Assembly: GCA_963772365.1 (NCBI GenBank)
Contig: CAVYXA010000005.1
Location: 1-64,000, forward strand
From: an uncultured Verrucomicrobiae bacterium
GTDB lineage: Bacteria; Verrucomicrobiota; Verrucomicrobiia; Chthoniobacterales; UBA10450
Direction of reading: 5' to 3'
Length of the DNA: 64,000 nt
The position numbers and the translations under genes are program-made. Shown here one piece after another: positions 7,805 through 18,277 of the stretch. Numbering within the stretch: position 1 is the first letter of the stretch; the number at the start of each line of letters is the position of its first letter. The notes under the pieces are model-generated. The model saw only the letters and a program-made list of their open reading frames with translations. It was not told where the DNA came from and searched no databases.

Positions 7805-9328
7805 CTACTGGCCTCGCCCAAAGAGCATCGTATACACCGTCTTCAACAGGATCATGGCGTCGAGCTTTAGCGAATAGTGCCTGATGTAATAGAGATCGTA
7901 TTGAAGTTTTTCGAGCGCGTCCTGTTCGTTTTCGCCGTAGGGATAATTTACCTGGGCCCAGCCGGTGATGCCGGGTTTCACCAGGTGGCGAAAATGATAA
8001 AGCGGGATTTTCTTCTCGTACCGCTCGGCGCACTTGATCCATTCCGCGCGCGGCCCGATCAAGCTCATATCGCCGCGAAACACGTTCCATAGTTGCGGCA
8101 ATTCATCAAGACGCAGCCGGCGCAGCCAGCGCCCCACGCGCGTGACCCGCGGATCGTTCTCCCGCGTATAAATGTCGTCGTCTGTTTCCGCGCCCGGCTC
8201 GCGCACAAACATCGTGCGGAACTTGTAAGCGATGAAAGAATGCCCTTCCCGTCCGATACGCACCTGCCAAAAAATCGCCGGGCGCCCGCTCTCCAGCCAG
8301 ATCAGCAGCGCGATCAATCCGAACAGTGGGGCAAAAATCAAGAGCAGGGTGGCAGAGCAAATCAGGTCGAAAAGTCGTTTCAAGTAATGATACGGCGAAA
8401 TCCGGGCGAGCTGAAATCCGATCTGCAACGGCCAGAAGGGATCGATTGTGTCCATGGGCACATGACGCCAATGGGTTTCGTGAAACGATTCCAAAGTGTA
8501 AACCCGGGCGCGCTGGAATTGCGTCCGGACCAGACGCTCGATCAATTTCGGTTCGAGCCGATCCATCCTCTCGGCCAGGATCACGCCGCTATAATGCCGA
8601 TCGAGCTGTGCGAGTTTTTCGCCGATACCGCTCTGGATAATGGGCGAGCCTTCCCCGGCGATTGTCGATCCAGCGCGCGCCGGATTATCATCCACAAAGT
8701 CCAGTTGCTGCTGGTTCACCGACCTTTTGTAAGCTTCGTAAAATCGCGCCGCCCGCTCTCCACTCCCGATCACGAGAAATGCCCGCTGTGCCGTTGAAGC
8801 GGCAAGCCAATGACGAAGAAATCGCCGGTAAAAAAGCGAGACTGGGAGAAACACGACGAAACTCACCAACAACACGCCACGGCTCGGTTTCATCGACGCA
8901 TCGAACGCCGCCGCGGAATAAAGCAAAAGCGCGCTGATCGCAGCCGCGCCTGCGATGGCGAGAACATGCTCGGTCGTGTAAGTGAGGCCGAGCATTTCCG
9001 TATTACGGTTGTAACCGCCGATGATGTAGAGCGCCTGCACAATCACCGCGACCACCACGCAATCCACCAGGACAAACTCAAAAGGATCGACAAAGAACGC
9101 ATCGCGCCGCAGATGGCCCACCGTGCCATAGATCACGACCCAACAAAGAATATCGCAGACAAAATAGAGCATCGCAGTCGCCCAGTCGTGCCTCCGAATT
9201 TTGGACAGGATGTGCCAGGGCCGATGGCGCCTGGATTCAACCGGCGCCGGCCAGGGTCGTTGTTCGCCCGAAGGGCGATCAACTCCGGGGTCTAATCCGA
9301 TTTCGGTTCCCGATTGCTGGGTCAACAT
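7805..9328 (-). CDS. EPS polyprenyl glycosylphosphotransferase (initiating sugar transferase)
   Basis: KRLFD, YKFRTM, DPRVTRVGRWLR, LDELPQLWNV.RGDMSLIGPR, KPGITGWAQV. Confidence 0.95.
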   Translation of the reverse strand: MLTQQSGTEIGLDPGVDRPSGEQRPWPAPVESRRHRPWHILSKIRRHDWATAMLYFVCDILCWVVIYGTVGHLRRDAFFVDPFEFVLVDCVVVAVIVQALYIIGGYNRNTEMLGLTYTTEHVLAIAGAAAISALLLYSAAAFDASMKPSRGVLLVSFVVFLPVSLFYRRFLRHWLAASTAQRAFLVIGSGERAARFYEAYKRSVNQQQLDFVDDNPARAGSTIAGEGSPIIQSGIGEKLAQLDRHYSGVILAERMDRLEPKLIERLVRTQFQRARVYTLESFHETHWRHVPMDTIDPFWPLQIGFQLARISPYHYLKRLFDLICSATLLLIFAPLFGLIALLIWLESGRPAIFWQVRIGREGHSFIAYKFRTMFVREPGAETDDDIYTRENDPRVTRVGRWLRRLRLDELPQLWNVFRGDMSLIGPRAEWIKCAERYEKKIPLYHFRHLVKPGITGWAQVNYPYGENEQDALEKLQYDLYYIRHYSLKLDAMILLKTVYTMLFGRGQ

Positions 9329-9451
9329 GATGCCACGCTCGATTGTGTCGTGCGGGCGCGATTTTACGATACTTGCTGAAGTTTGTCAGCACCATTTAGT
9401 AGGCATGGCCTGCATCCGAGTTCCGGCATTGCGCGACAGCAAACATTGCCC

Positions 9452-10233
9452 TCAATCTTTTCTTTCGATACTCTCTTTCTCGATCAACAAACGGCTCGAC
9501 AACAGGAACTCGGCGATTGTGCGTTGGGCCACGTAAAACCAGCCTGGCCAACCATCAAAAATCAGACCTCGAGCAAGGAGGAGATAGAAAAACATGGCCG
9601 GCGCAGCCGGGAAAATTCTTCGGCGCAATCGGTCCTGGAAGTTGAGTTCCTTCAACGGCGTCGAAAGCAAATGCTTTGCTTCGATCCTTGGCGTAGCCGT
9701 CTTGCGCCCGTAGCCAGTAGTTAAACGGCTTGCGATCGTCATGGTCGATCTTGCCGGTCAACTTTTCAATCGTACCACCGACAACGACGCGATGACCGTG
9801 GCCTTCATCGCGATAATGAGCCAGGCGACGCCGATAAAGAACGGTTCGGGGTGGATAGACCGTGCTCCGCAGCGGATGACCAAAAATACAGTAGCGGAAC
9901 TCCACGGAATAGCCGGCGACAGCCGACGGCGGATCGAGAACGCGAAGTTCCTCGACCAATTCCGGCGTAAGCACGTAATCGGCGTCCATCGACAACACCC
10001 ATTCGGTCGCGATCTCGCTTCAGCCCGAAATTACATTGGGCGGCAAAAGAATCGAAAGCGCGCGTCACGATTCGCACGTTTGCATGTGCCCCGCGAGCAA
10101 TCTCGAGTGTCCCGTCGGTGCTCCCGCTGTCGATGATAACGATCTCCTTCGCCCACGACAGCGCGGCCAAAGTGCGTCCAATGTTCAGCGCTTCGTTGTA
10201 GGTAAGGACCGAACCTGTGACCTGATCTAGCAT
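9452..10233 (-). CDS. GT2 glycosyltransferase split by two frameshifts
   Basis: LTYNEA..IIDSGSTDGT (ORF 9805..10242), MDADY (9555..9998), C-terminal DGWPGWFY (9452..9742). Confidence 0.8.
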
Positions 10234-10258
10234 GAACAACACACTCGATTATTCTCAA

Positions 10259-10618
10259 TCACGAGCCGCTCACAAATTCCATCCGATCGCGTAGATTCGC
10301 AGCCGGCGATTCCGACAGAATCCGAATGATTCGCCGGGCGAGCTCGCCCGGTCCCCACTTCTGCTGCGGGACGAGAATAATTCCGCTATGACTCTTACCA
10401 GCTCTCAGCCATTCCGTGTGAATCCAGGCGAATTCCGCGATGTTGCTCGTTATCAGGACGCGATTTGCCTCCGCTGCAAATCGCAGTTGTTGTTCATCGG
10501 TTTGCCGAGCCATGGCCGCTTCCGATGTCGTCAGCAGGATCACGCCACGAGAACGCAGCGCGCGGATTAGGGCGTCCGATTGAACATCCTCGTCCAGGTA
10601 GAGTTCTGGCAGACTCAC
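10259..10618 (-). CDS. DUF5615 PIN-like protein (putative toxin)
   Basis: LYLDEDV, DEQQLRFA, LITSN.AEF, HSGII; overlaps the DUF433 gene. Confidence 0.85.
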   Translation of the reverse strand: MSLPELYLDEDVQSDALIRALRSRGVILLTTSEAAMARQTDEQQLRFAAEANRVLITSNIAEFAWIHTEWLRAGKSHSGIILVPQQKWGPGELARRIIRILSESPAANLRDRMEFVSGS

Positions 10619-10887
10619 ACTGGATGTGGTTCGGGAGAGAGTCTTTCAGCCGTAGCATCCTCTTGACGCAATGCCGCATCAATTTCATCGGGATTAGCCA
10701 ATGCATGGGTCAGCGCTGCATACACTTGCGGCAATGAGAGAGAATTCAGAAGGCCGATTATCTCTTCGGGCGAATACCCACGTCGATAGTAGCGGGCAAC
10801 CCGATGAACCGGAACGCGTGTGCCTGCCAGGCATGGATGGCCGCCGCAAACGCCGGGGGTCTGCTCAATCATAGCGCCGATACTCAC
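10615..10887 (-). CDS. DUF433 domain protein (putative antitoxin)
   Basis: PGVCGGHPCLAGTRVPV..GYSPEEI..LSLPQVYAAL. Confidence 0.9.
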   Translation of the reverse strand: MSIGAMIEQTPGVCGGHPCLAGTRVPVHRVARYYRRGYSPEEIIGLLNSLSLPQVYAALTHALANPDEIDAALRQEDATAERLSPEPHPV

Positions 10888-11149
10888 GCATCGAGGTTAT
10901 CATCCATCTTTTGACAACGCAATCAACGACGTGATGTCGATCTTCGAAGTCGATCATTCCGACCGGTCGCCAGCCATCAACATTGTCATCCAAAGATACG
11001 GCACTCGCCCTGCGCCTCGGAACTGCAAGTTGACGAAACCTGTTTCGGTCAGGAGACGCGACAGCGTTTTGCGGCTCCAGAGTTTGATGTAGGCTTGCCC
11101 TGATTTGACGGACGGTGGGCTTAGGGTCAAAACCCGAAGGAGAGTCCAC

Positions 11150-11500
11150 ATGAAGACGCAGTTAAGTAAACCGGTTCGCAACCGGGCAAACTACACCGAA
11201 GAGTATAAGCAGCAGGCGCTGGAGCTTTGGCGCGCCAGTGGTCGCAGTGCGGCCAAAGTGGCGGCCGAGCTGGGGATTCGTCCTCCGTTGCTTTATCGCT
11301 GGGCACGCTTGGAGCGCTTGCCTCAGAGCGGCCCGAGCGCAGCAGCCAAGCCAAGGCGCAGCATGGAAGAACTGGAGCGGGAGAACCAATTCTTACGGGC
11401 CGAAAACGCCAGGCTTCTTGAGCAGAGGGACATTTTAAAAAAGTCTCTGGGCATCCTCTCCGAAGCGCCGCCGAGCGCTACGTCCAAGTCGAAGGTATGA
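11150..11500 (+). CDS. IS3 transposase OrfA
   Basis: YTEEYKQQAL..VAAELGI..LYRW HTH and leucine zipper; AAAAAAG -1 frameshift motif at 11437-11443. Confidence 0.9.
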   Translation: MKTQLSKPVRNRANYTEEYKQQALELWRASGRSAAKVAAELGIRPPLLYRWARLERLPQSGPSAAAKPRRSMEELERENQFLRAENARLLEQRDILKKSLGILSEAPPSATSKSKV

Positions 11501-12345
11501 GTGGGCAATATAAGATCGCCCGCTTGTGCGAAGCTTTGCTCGTTTCGCGCAGCGGCTTCTATGATTGGAAGCAGCGGCACCATCATCCAGGAGCGCGCCA
11601 GTTAGATAACGCTCGCCTGGTCGAGCAGATCCGGCAGGAGTTTGTCCGCAGTCGCCACACCTACGGCAGTCCACGGCTAGCGCATGCTCTGGGCTGTCCA
11701 GGAAGACGCAATCGCATTGCTCGGCTGATGCGCGCACAAAGACTTTTCGCTCGGCAGCGTTCCAAGTATCGGGTCAAAACCACCGATAGCGCTCACGGTG
11801 GCCCCATCGCACCGCACCGTCTGCGCCATCTCAAGGTACAAGCGCGCGATCAGGTCTGGGCCACTGATGCCACTGGCATCTTGACCGCTGAAGGTTGGCT
11901 TTACCTGGTCGCAGTGCTGGACCTCTTTAGCCGGCGGGTGGTGGGTTGGGCCATGAGCCCCATCCTGGATGCGCCACTGGCCATCAGCGCTCTGCGCATG
12001 GCCTTAAATCAACGTCGTCCCGCCCGCTCCCTCATCCTTCACTCCGATCGCGGCAGCCAGTTTGCCAGCGCCGCTTACCGGCAGGTCCTCTCGCAGCACC
12101 AACTCATTGCTTCCATGAGTCGCGCCGATAACTGCTACGACAATGCTTTCATCGAATCCTTCTGGAGCAGCCTCAAATACGAACTGGTCTACGACCAGCG
12201 CTTCGCTACTCGCGCACAGGCTCGCACCGCCGTCTTCGGCTACATTGAAACCTTCTACAACCGCATCAGACTGCACTCCAGCCTTGCCTACACCAGTCCG
12301 ATTAATTTCGAAATCAAAAACAAAACTAACAAAAATAGACTATAG
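11497..12345 (+). CDS. IS3 transposase OrfB (DDE integrase core)
   Basis: YGSPR, WATD, LYLVAVLDLFSRRVVGW, HSDRGSQF, CYDNAFIESFW, YNRIRLHSSL. Confidence 0.95.
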   Translation: MSGQYKIARLCEALLVSRSGFYDWKQRHHHPGARQLDNARLVEQIRQEFVRSRHTYGSPRLAHALGCPGRRNRIARLMRAQRLFARQRSKYRVKTTDSAHGGPIAPHRLRHLKVQARDQVWATDATGILTAEGWLYLVAVLDLFSRRVVGWAMSPILDAPLAISALRMALNQRRPARSLILHSDRGSQFASAAYRQVLSQHQLIASMSRADNCYDNAFIESFWSSLKYELVYDQRFATRAQARTAVFGYIETFYNRIRLHSSLAYTSPINFEIKNKTNKNRL

Positions 12346-12885
12346 GAATTGATCCCTACCTAACTGTCCGAAAAATCAATGCAAGCCCAATGTGACCCCC
12401 GCGCCACAGTGGATTCAAATGTTGGTCCCATCGATTTAACAGGGCAATGAGCAAGTTTTTTAAATACCCGTGATACGGTGTGGAGCAGATAAATCGTCCG
12501 CCGGGTCGGAGTGCGCGATAACACCCACGCGCAAAAGCATGTGGATCATAGAGATGCTCGATCACCTCAGTGCTAATGACGATGTCGAAGGGATCGCAGC
12601 CCAGGTTTTCCAGAATCTGTTCGTCCGCAGCCAGAGATTCAAACCGGGCCTGCGGATATGTTTGGCGGGCGATTGCGATGCCATCCGCGCTGGCATCGAT
12701 GCCGACAACGTCACAGCCTTTCCCCAAAAATATTCCGGCTGTATAACCGTTGCCGCAACCGACGTCGAGGATGCGCGTTTTCGGGCTCAACGGTCCGCAT
12801 AGCGTCATCACGTGCGGCATGAAGCGCCGATGCATGTGCGAAGCGCCGGCATCGCGCCATCCATAGATTTCCTGCGGCTGCGAAC

Positions 12886-13030
12886 TCATTGGGTTACCAC
12901 CGTTCCCGGCCGCGGCCCGGCGCCAATGACCCAATTATAAACGTCATGCATTTGGCGGGCCACCACGGACCAACTGAATTGCTTCTGGACTAACGACAGC
13001 CCGCGTTGTCCCATTGCCTCGCGACGACCC
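12886..13030 (-). pseudogene. Orphan C-terminal fragment of a GT4 glycosyltransferase
   Basis: RREAMGQRGLSLVQKQFSWSVVARQMHDVYNWVIGAGPRPGTV resembles the C-terminus of 14584..15738; its TGA overlaps the methyltransferase ATG. Confidence 0.75.
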
Positions 13031-13084
13031 GAGCACTGGATGAGCAAACCAAGTTTCAACGTCTTGCTTCAGTTCCCTTCTTTT

Positions 13085-13993
13085 TCAATCAAGAGCCTCG
13101 CCGCTCCGCCCTCTGGCTCGGTCCTCTGACTTGTAATCGCTGCCCCTCCCGGTGCATCTTTCACGAGCCTTCACATCACTGACGAACTCGTACCACGCCA
13201 GTAATCGGCACAAAACCCATCCACGATAGCCATCACGAAACCCTTGCCGAAAGATGTAATGATAGATGAACCGGAGTGTAGAGCGGAAGGGCATACGAAG
13301 GGCGCATGATTTCAACCAGCGCTTCCGCTCCAGCTGCGAGCCGAACAACTTCGCTCGTAATTGTTCCGACCCACCGCGTCGTAGCACCTTATCCCGAACC
13401 GCTGCTTCCCAGTTCGAATAGCGATTATGCTTCTCAATGAAAATTGCGACGCTGGGAAACGCGTAGTGCTCCATCGGTGAATGCAGATACCCTGCCCTTC
13501 CATTAAGCAATACATGCTCGTGCACCTCGTTGTCGCCAGACCCTGCGTCGGCGTCAATCCTTTCGTACCTGCCTTTTTGATGTCGAAATAATCTAAGATT
13601 CCAGCTCGGAAAATATCCGCAGTGATTGATCCACCCACCTAAAAACCAAAAACGCCGATTCAGGTACCATCCGTCCAGTTCCGCCGATGCAATGGCCTTC
13701 TCGATCTGCTGTTGCAATTCGGTGGTGATACGCTCGTCCGCATCGATGATAAGCACCCATTCGTTTCGCCATGGAATATTTTCCAGGGCCCAGTTCTTCT
13801 TGCGCGGGAATTTGCCGTTCCAGTGAAATTGCACGACTTGGGCGCCGAAACCGGATGCAATTTCAGTAGTCGCATCCGTGCTTCCCGAATCCACCACTAC
13901 AATTTCATCAGCAAAAGAGATGCTGGCCAGGCACGCGCCTAGATTTTCGGCTTCGTTTTTAACAGGGACCAAGACAGACAATGGTGCTTTCAT
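13085..13993 (-). CDS. GT2 glycosyltransferase
   Basis: SVLVPVKNE, VVDSGSTD, WVLIIDADE, EVHEH. Confidence 0.92.
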   Translation of the reverse strand: MKAPLSVLVPVKNEAENLGACLASISFADEIVVVDSGSTDATTEIASGFGAQVVQFHWNGKFPRKKNWALENIPWRNEWVLIIDADERITTELQQQIEKAIASAELDGWYLNRRFWFLGGWINHCGYFPSWNLRLFRHQKGRYERIDADAGSGDNEVHEHVLLNGRAGYLHSPMEHYAFPSVAIFIEKHNRYSNWEAAVRDKVLRRGGSEQLRAKLFGSQLERKRWLKSCALRMPFRSTLRFIYHYIFRQGFRDGYRGWVLCRLLAWYEFVSDVKARERCTGRGSDYKSEDRARGRSGEALD

Positions 13994-14036
13994 GAGCTGA
14001 ACGGAGTTGGCCACTGGTTCGTGATCGCGAAAAATC

Positions 14037-14582
14037 TTACTTCGGACGCGATCGAGTTTCTATGACGCGTGCCGGATTCCCGGCAACAATCGTCCATGGA
14101 TCGACATCTTTCATCGCCACTGCGCGCGCACCGACGATTGCTCCTTCTCCGACTGTTACTCCCGGGCCAATGAAGGCATCTGCACAAATCCACGCTTCAG
14201 AACCGATATCGATCGTCGCCCGAACCAGCGGAAACTCAGGCGCGGTATGATCGTGAGTCCCGGCACAAAGATGCGCGCGATGGGAGATGGTCGCGCGATC
14301 TCCAATCTGCACGGGGCCGAGATTGTAGATAAAACTGTATTCTCCAATGGCGCTTTGTTCACCAAGCTTCAAATTCCATGGCAGATAAATCTTGGCAGAT
14401 GCGTAAACATGCGCTTCGCGTCCAATTCTCGCGCCAAAAAGACGCAGAAGAAAGCGACGCCAGCCAAAGCAACGGCGTGGACTAAGGCGAAAAAGCGGCG
14501 TAGCCCAAGACCACAACAAACGGCCCATCATCTCACCTGGCGAATACTTGCGCGCTTTGCGGTTTTGTTCGACGTCGAGCAT
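14037..14582 (-). CDS. wcaF: WcaF-like hexapeptide-repeat acetyltransferase
   Basis: WRRFLLRLFGARIG, PWNL, LCAGTHD, AFIGPGVTVGEGA, VAGNPA. Confidence 0.85.
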   Translation of the reverse strand: MLDVEQNRKARKYSPGEMMGRLLWSWATPLFRLSPRRCFGWRRFLLRLFGARIGREAHVYASAKIYLPWNLKLGEQSAIGEYSFIYNLGPVQIGDRATISHRAHLCAGTHDHTAPEFPLVRATIDIGSEAWICADAFIGPGVTVGEGAIVGARAVAMKDVDPWTIVAGNPARVIETRSRPK

Positions 14583-14583
14583 C

Positions 14584-15738
14584 TCAGTCGAATCGCACAG
14601 TTGCCGGCGACGGGCCGCCGCCGATCACCCATTGATAGACGGCGCGCATTTGTTGACCGATGTCCGGCCACGAAAATCGATCTCGAACAAGTGCGAACCC
14701 GCGTTCGCCCTTCTCGCGCAGTCGTAAATCGTCCATTTGGAACAATCGCTGCAATCCTACGCTGATCGATTCGGCGCTCGTGCCGATTCGAATTGCTGCA
14801 TTCGCCTCAAACCCCTCCGGTAGATTGCACTCCGGTGTCATGAGCACTGGTTTGGCATATGCCCACGCTTCCAGGATCGACATTGGCAAACCCTCACTCA
14901 ACGATGGTAACACAAACGCATCGCACGCGCGGTAAACCTCGTCTTTCTCCGCTCCAAATTTCGGACCCATAAAAACGACCGAATCTCCAATTTCTACTTC
15001 GTCCTTTAGCCTTTCCAATTCCATTCGGTATCCGCCCTGGTCCCATCCGGCGATCGCCAAAACCCACTTTCGTGAATCTCGATTTCCGATTTCCGATTTC
15101 CGATTTTGAGCAAAAGCTCGAATGAGCGCCGCCAGATTCTTCTTCGGATGCAACCGCCCGAGATAAAGCAGCATTCGCGTTTCTACTTTCTCCTTTGTTT
15201 TTTCTTCTGGCAGATTGATTCCATTTGGAATGATGCACACGGGATTGCGTAAGCCGTACTCGCGGACGCTCCGATATTCGGCCTCGGAAAGGACGTGAAT
15301 GCACGCAGCGCTGCGATGGGCAGCGTTCTCCCAAAGGGCGCCGACCAGCCGCTTTTTCCACGCCGAATTTCGCACGGCCCAAGCGTCCAACATCCCATGG
15401 ACGGTATAAACTAGAGGCCGTTTTGTTCGGCGATACCAGCGATACGCGACGAGCGAATGATACGTCCACAAACCGTGCACGTGTGCGATGTCCGGTTCCG
15501 CTGCGGCCAACGCCTGTAAGTAACCGGGCGCGTAGCCCAAACTGTGCGGACCGACGCGCGGAAAAATCTTGGGCTGCAACGGCAACCAACTCGCAAGATC
15601 GACATCGGTAAATTCATCGGCTACACCGAAAACAGTGACTTCATCGTCTTCCGCGATTGCACGTGCCAAGCCGCGGGCGCTCTCCAATAACCCGCCGCTC
15701 CTTCGCGAGATCGAGTCGTGTAGAAATGCGATTTTCAT
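14584..15738 (-). CDS. GT4 glycosyltransferase
   Basis: HVHGLW, HGML, YLGRLHPKK, LPSLSEGLPMSILEAW. Confidence 0.93.
   Translation of the reverse strand: MKIAFLHDSISRRSGGLLESARGLARAIAEDDEVTVFGVADEFTDVDLASWLPLQPKIFPRVGPHSLGYAPGYLQALAAAEPDIAHVHGLWTYHSLVAYRWYRRTKRPLVYTVHGMLDAWAVRNSAWKKRLVGALWENAAHRSAACIHVLSEAEYRSVREYGLRNPVCIIPNGINLPEEKTKEKVETRMLLYLGRLHPKKNLAALIRAFAQNRKSEIGNRDSRKWVLAIAGWDQGGYRMELERLKDEVEIGDSVVFMGPKFGAEKDEVYRACDAFVLPSLSEGLPMSILEAWAYAKPVLMTPECNLPEGFEANAAIRIGTSAESISVGLQRLFQMDDLRLREKGERGFALVRDRFSWPDIGQQMRAVYQWVIGGGPSPATVRFD
15080..15107 (-). repeat. In-frame heptamer array (GAAATCG x4, first unit AAAATCG; encodes NRKSEIGNR)
   Basis: Plus strand CGATTTC x3 + CGATTTT inside the GT4 CDS. 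Confidence 0.9.
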
Positions 15739-16928
15739 GCGGAGCGTCGCATCACAGCCGCCAGCAACATGCGGTCGAAAACGCCCGGCGAGTTTCGCGG
15801 AAGGTCGAGTGCGAGTTTCGCGGCGCGAGCCAGCCCATCGCCGAATCGCTCAGGTCCGAAGTTCGAGGCGATCCGCTCGCTCGCCGTGGCGAGCCGCGCC
15901 CACTCGTCTTCCGGAAGCAATGCTATCTCGAACATTCTTTGGGTCAGATCGTCCTGGTTCGACGGGTCAAAGGTAAACCCGTTGTCCTGCACCAACTCAG
16001 GCACGCACCCGCAACGATTCGACACGATCACCGGCAACCCCGACGCAAGCGCCTCGTTGACGACGAGCCCCCATTGTTCGCTCGTGCTGGCATGAACAAA
16101 TGCATTCGCGAGCGCATAATAAACTGGCAATTCATCGTATTGCTTGAAACCGGGAAGGTGGACGCGGCTCTCCAACTGGAGCTCAGAGATCAGACGACAA
16201 ATGTCGGGTTTAAGCGGGCCATCGCCAAGAAGGACCATGTCCCAAGGTGACGAGCGTGCGCCCTGGTAATATCGTCCGTAAGCACGAATGAGCGTAAGCA
16301 GATTCTTTTTGGGAATAAATCGCGCCGAGGCCAGGAAGTAATTTTCCGGTAAACGAAACTGACTTCTGAGGTTTGCTCTCTGACTTCTGGCCTCTCTCGC
16401 CTTCTCGGCGAAATAAGCACTATCGACCACATCGTATCCGGTGAAGATCCGTTCCCGAGGCATGCCAAGATTGACGAGGTAATCAATATGTCGCTGACCG
16501 CCGACTAGCGCGGTTGAGTAAAGATCGACAATTCGCCGCTTGATCCATTCCCGCCAGATTACGCGCGGCTCATCATGCCGCGTGCTCTCCGACATCAGTA
16601 TCGCCGGCACTCGCGCTTGAGCGCACCAGCGAAGTGCCGCGAGGGCGGCATTGTCCGACCAGCCAGGAATCGCAAGCGCATCGGGTTTGATATCATCGAG
16701 AATACGACCGACCGCATGGGATACAGTTGCGGATGGCATCACTCGCGAGTCTCCGGTGGGGAATAAGGTCACCCGCCTGTAATCGGTCGATTGTGGCAGT
16801 TGCGACCACGCGTTCTCGTCCGTCTGGCCGGCGACTTCAATCGCCGTAAGTTGAACATGGCGCGCTGCAGCCAGCAACCGCGCGAAATGATACGGGCCGA
16901 AGTGGTGAAAAATAACAGCGACTCTCAC
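15735..16928 (-). CDS. GT4 glycosyltransferase (GTG start 16928)
   Basis: FGPYHFAR, ARFIPKKNL, EQWGLVVNEALASGLPV; degenerate heptamer array at 16359-16395. Confidence 0.9.
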   Translation of the reverse strand: MRVAVIFHHFGPYHFARLLAAARHVQLTAIEVAGQTDENAWSQLPQSTDYRRVTLFPTGDSRVMPSATVSHAVGRILDDIKPDALAIPGWSDNAALAALRWCAQARVPAILMSESTRHDEPRVIWREWIKRRIVDLYSTALVGGQRHIDYLVNLGMPRERIFTGYDVVDSAYFAEKAREARSQRANLRSQFRLPENYFLASARFIPKKNLLTLIRAYGRYYQGARSSPWDMVLLGDGPLKPDICRLISELQLESRVHLPGFKQYDELPVYYALANAFVHASTSEQWGLVVNEALASGLPVIVSNRCGCVPELVQDNGFTFDPSNQDDLTQRMFEIALLPEDEWARLATASERIASNFGPERFGDGLARAAKLALDLPRNSPGVFDRMLLAAVMRRSA

Positions 16929-18231
16929 TTCGAGAGCACTTCCGCCGCGCGTGGCTCCGGCACGAACATGGATCCTGGCCTGCGTTCCCTTGCGAAAAAC
17001 GCGATCGCCCCGATGAAAATAAGACTGTAGATCAGGCTTGGGATGAATGTTGCCGTCTGGTGAGTCGCTGCGCGCATGGCGGAGGTGGTTAGCTGGATAT
17101 ACAGAATCTGAGCGACAGTGCCTGTCGCTCGATTGGCCGCTGCCCACAATGTTTTAAAAAGATACGCGAGCGCGGCGAAGAACAGACAGCCGAAATATCC
17201 GAATTCGTTGAAGGAATCGCCGATTCCTGTAACGGTTAGCCCGACGGGCAGGCCGGCTCCAAGCTGGTCTTCCACGAAATCGCTCATGTCGCGGCGTTCA
17301 CCGCCGATCATCAGCGAATCTTTGAATTCCCTTCCGAGAAATTGCGCCGGGACAAAGCGAAAGACCAGTTCATTCCAGTATCCGGCGCCAAGCTGGTAGT
17401 CGCCACTCCACTGAGTCGCGGCTATTACTGCTGTCGCATTCTTTAGCTCACTCCTGGCTTCGAGCTCGAGCGATTCCTGAAACTGCGCTGCAAAGTCGAT
17501 CTCCTGTAGTGCTTGAAGCGGATCTTCCTGCGCCAACTGTCGGTTATCGGATGTGGCTGGAATACCGATGGTCGCAGCCACGACTGCGGTGACAATCACC
17601 CAACGCGGGGCTTTTTTTCCTTTGATAAAAAAAATACTCAGTCCGATCGACATGATGAAAAGAACGGTGGGTTCACGCCGCAGTAAAAAAGAGCGGCTTG
17701 GACCGGGATGATTGCCGATGCGATTGCCGCCAACCATGCGAGAAACCAGCGCTCTCTCAGCGCACAATAGAAACAGACTGCGAACCCGGGATAAACCAAG
17801 CCGCCAAAGAAGAGATAGATCGTTCCGATGCCAGTTAACTGGCCTGTGGCAATCGTACTCGTGAGTTCATCTCCCTCCAGCCTGCCGAGCTTGTAAGTGA
17901 AGTAAGAGCCGATCAGCACAAGAAGAATGCCCCCGACTAAGAAACGCGCAGGATCAACCGTGAAATTAATTTTTTTGAGAAGGCCGGGATGCGGCTGGCG
18001 CAGATAACCGAGCCAGCAGCACGCAAGGCACAAAAAGCACATTAACAGTGTTGTTTCACCATAAGCGCCACCCCAATGATGTCGATAAATGGTATAGGCT
18101 TGCGGCAGAATGAATGCGGCGAACGTCGCCGCCATGAAGTATGGGTATCCGTAAATCAAGCGCGGACGAAAGATAGTGGCCGCGATCAAGACCGCACACG
18201 TTCCGGCAAGTAATACGAAGTAAACAAACAT
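16925..18231 (-). CDS. Multi-TM membrane protein, probable polysaccharide polymerase (Wzy-like); one frameshift near 17685
   Basis: Two hydrophobic ORFs (17638..18231, 16925..17767) join; RFVPAQFLG and DSFNEFGYFG periplasmic-loop motifs. Confidence 0.65.
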
Positions 18232-18277
18232 CCGAAGAAATTTTAAAGGAGATTCGGAAGCAGAAGCGGAAGTCAGC

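Larger units (their letters stand above)
11090..12389 (+). mobile_element. IS3-family insertion sequence, 1300 bp
   Basis: Imperfect 27-bp terminal IRs (TAGGCTTGCCCTGATTTGACGGACGGT / TGGGCTTGCATTGATTTTTCGGACAGT), 3-bp target duplication ATG (11087-11089, 12390-12392). Confidence 0.95.
10954..12889 (-). pseudogene. Class I SAM-dependent methyltransferase interrupted by an IS3 element
   Basis: ILDVGCGNG, EVIEHL, STPYHGYLKN; GGH|IKLWSRKTL rejoins in frame when 11090-12389 and one ATG copy are removed. Confidence 0.9.

Noticed and set aside
7576..8090. ORFs with GAGSREQ-like repeats
   Set aside because: Translations of the heptamer array and alternative frames of the sugar transferase.
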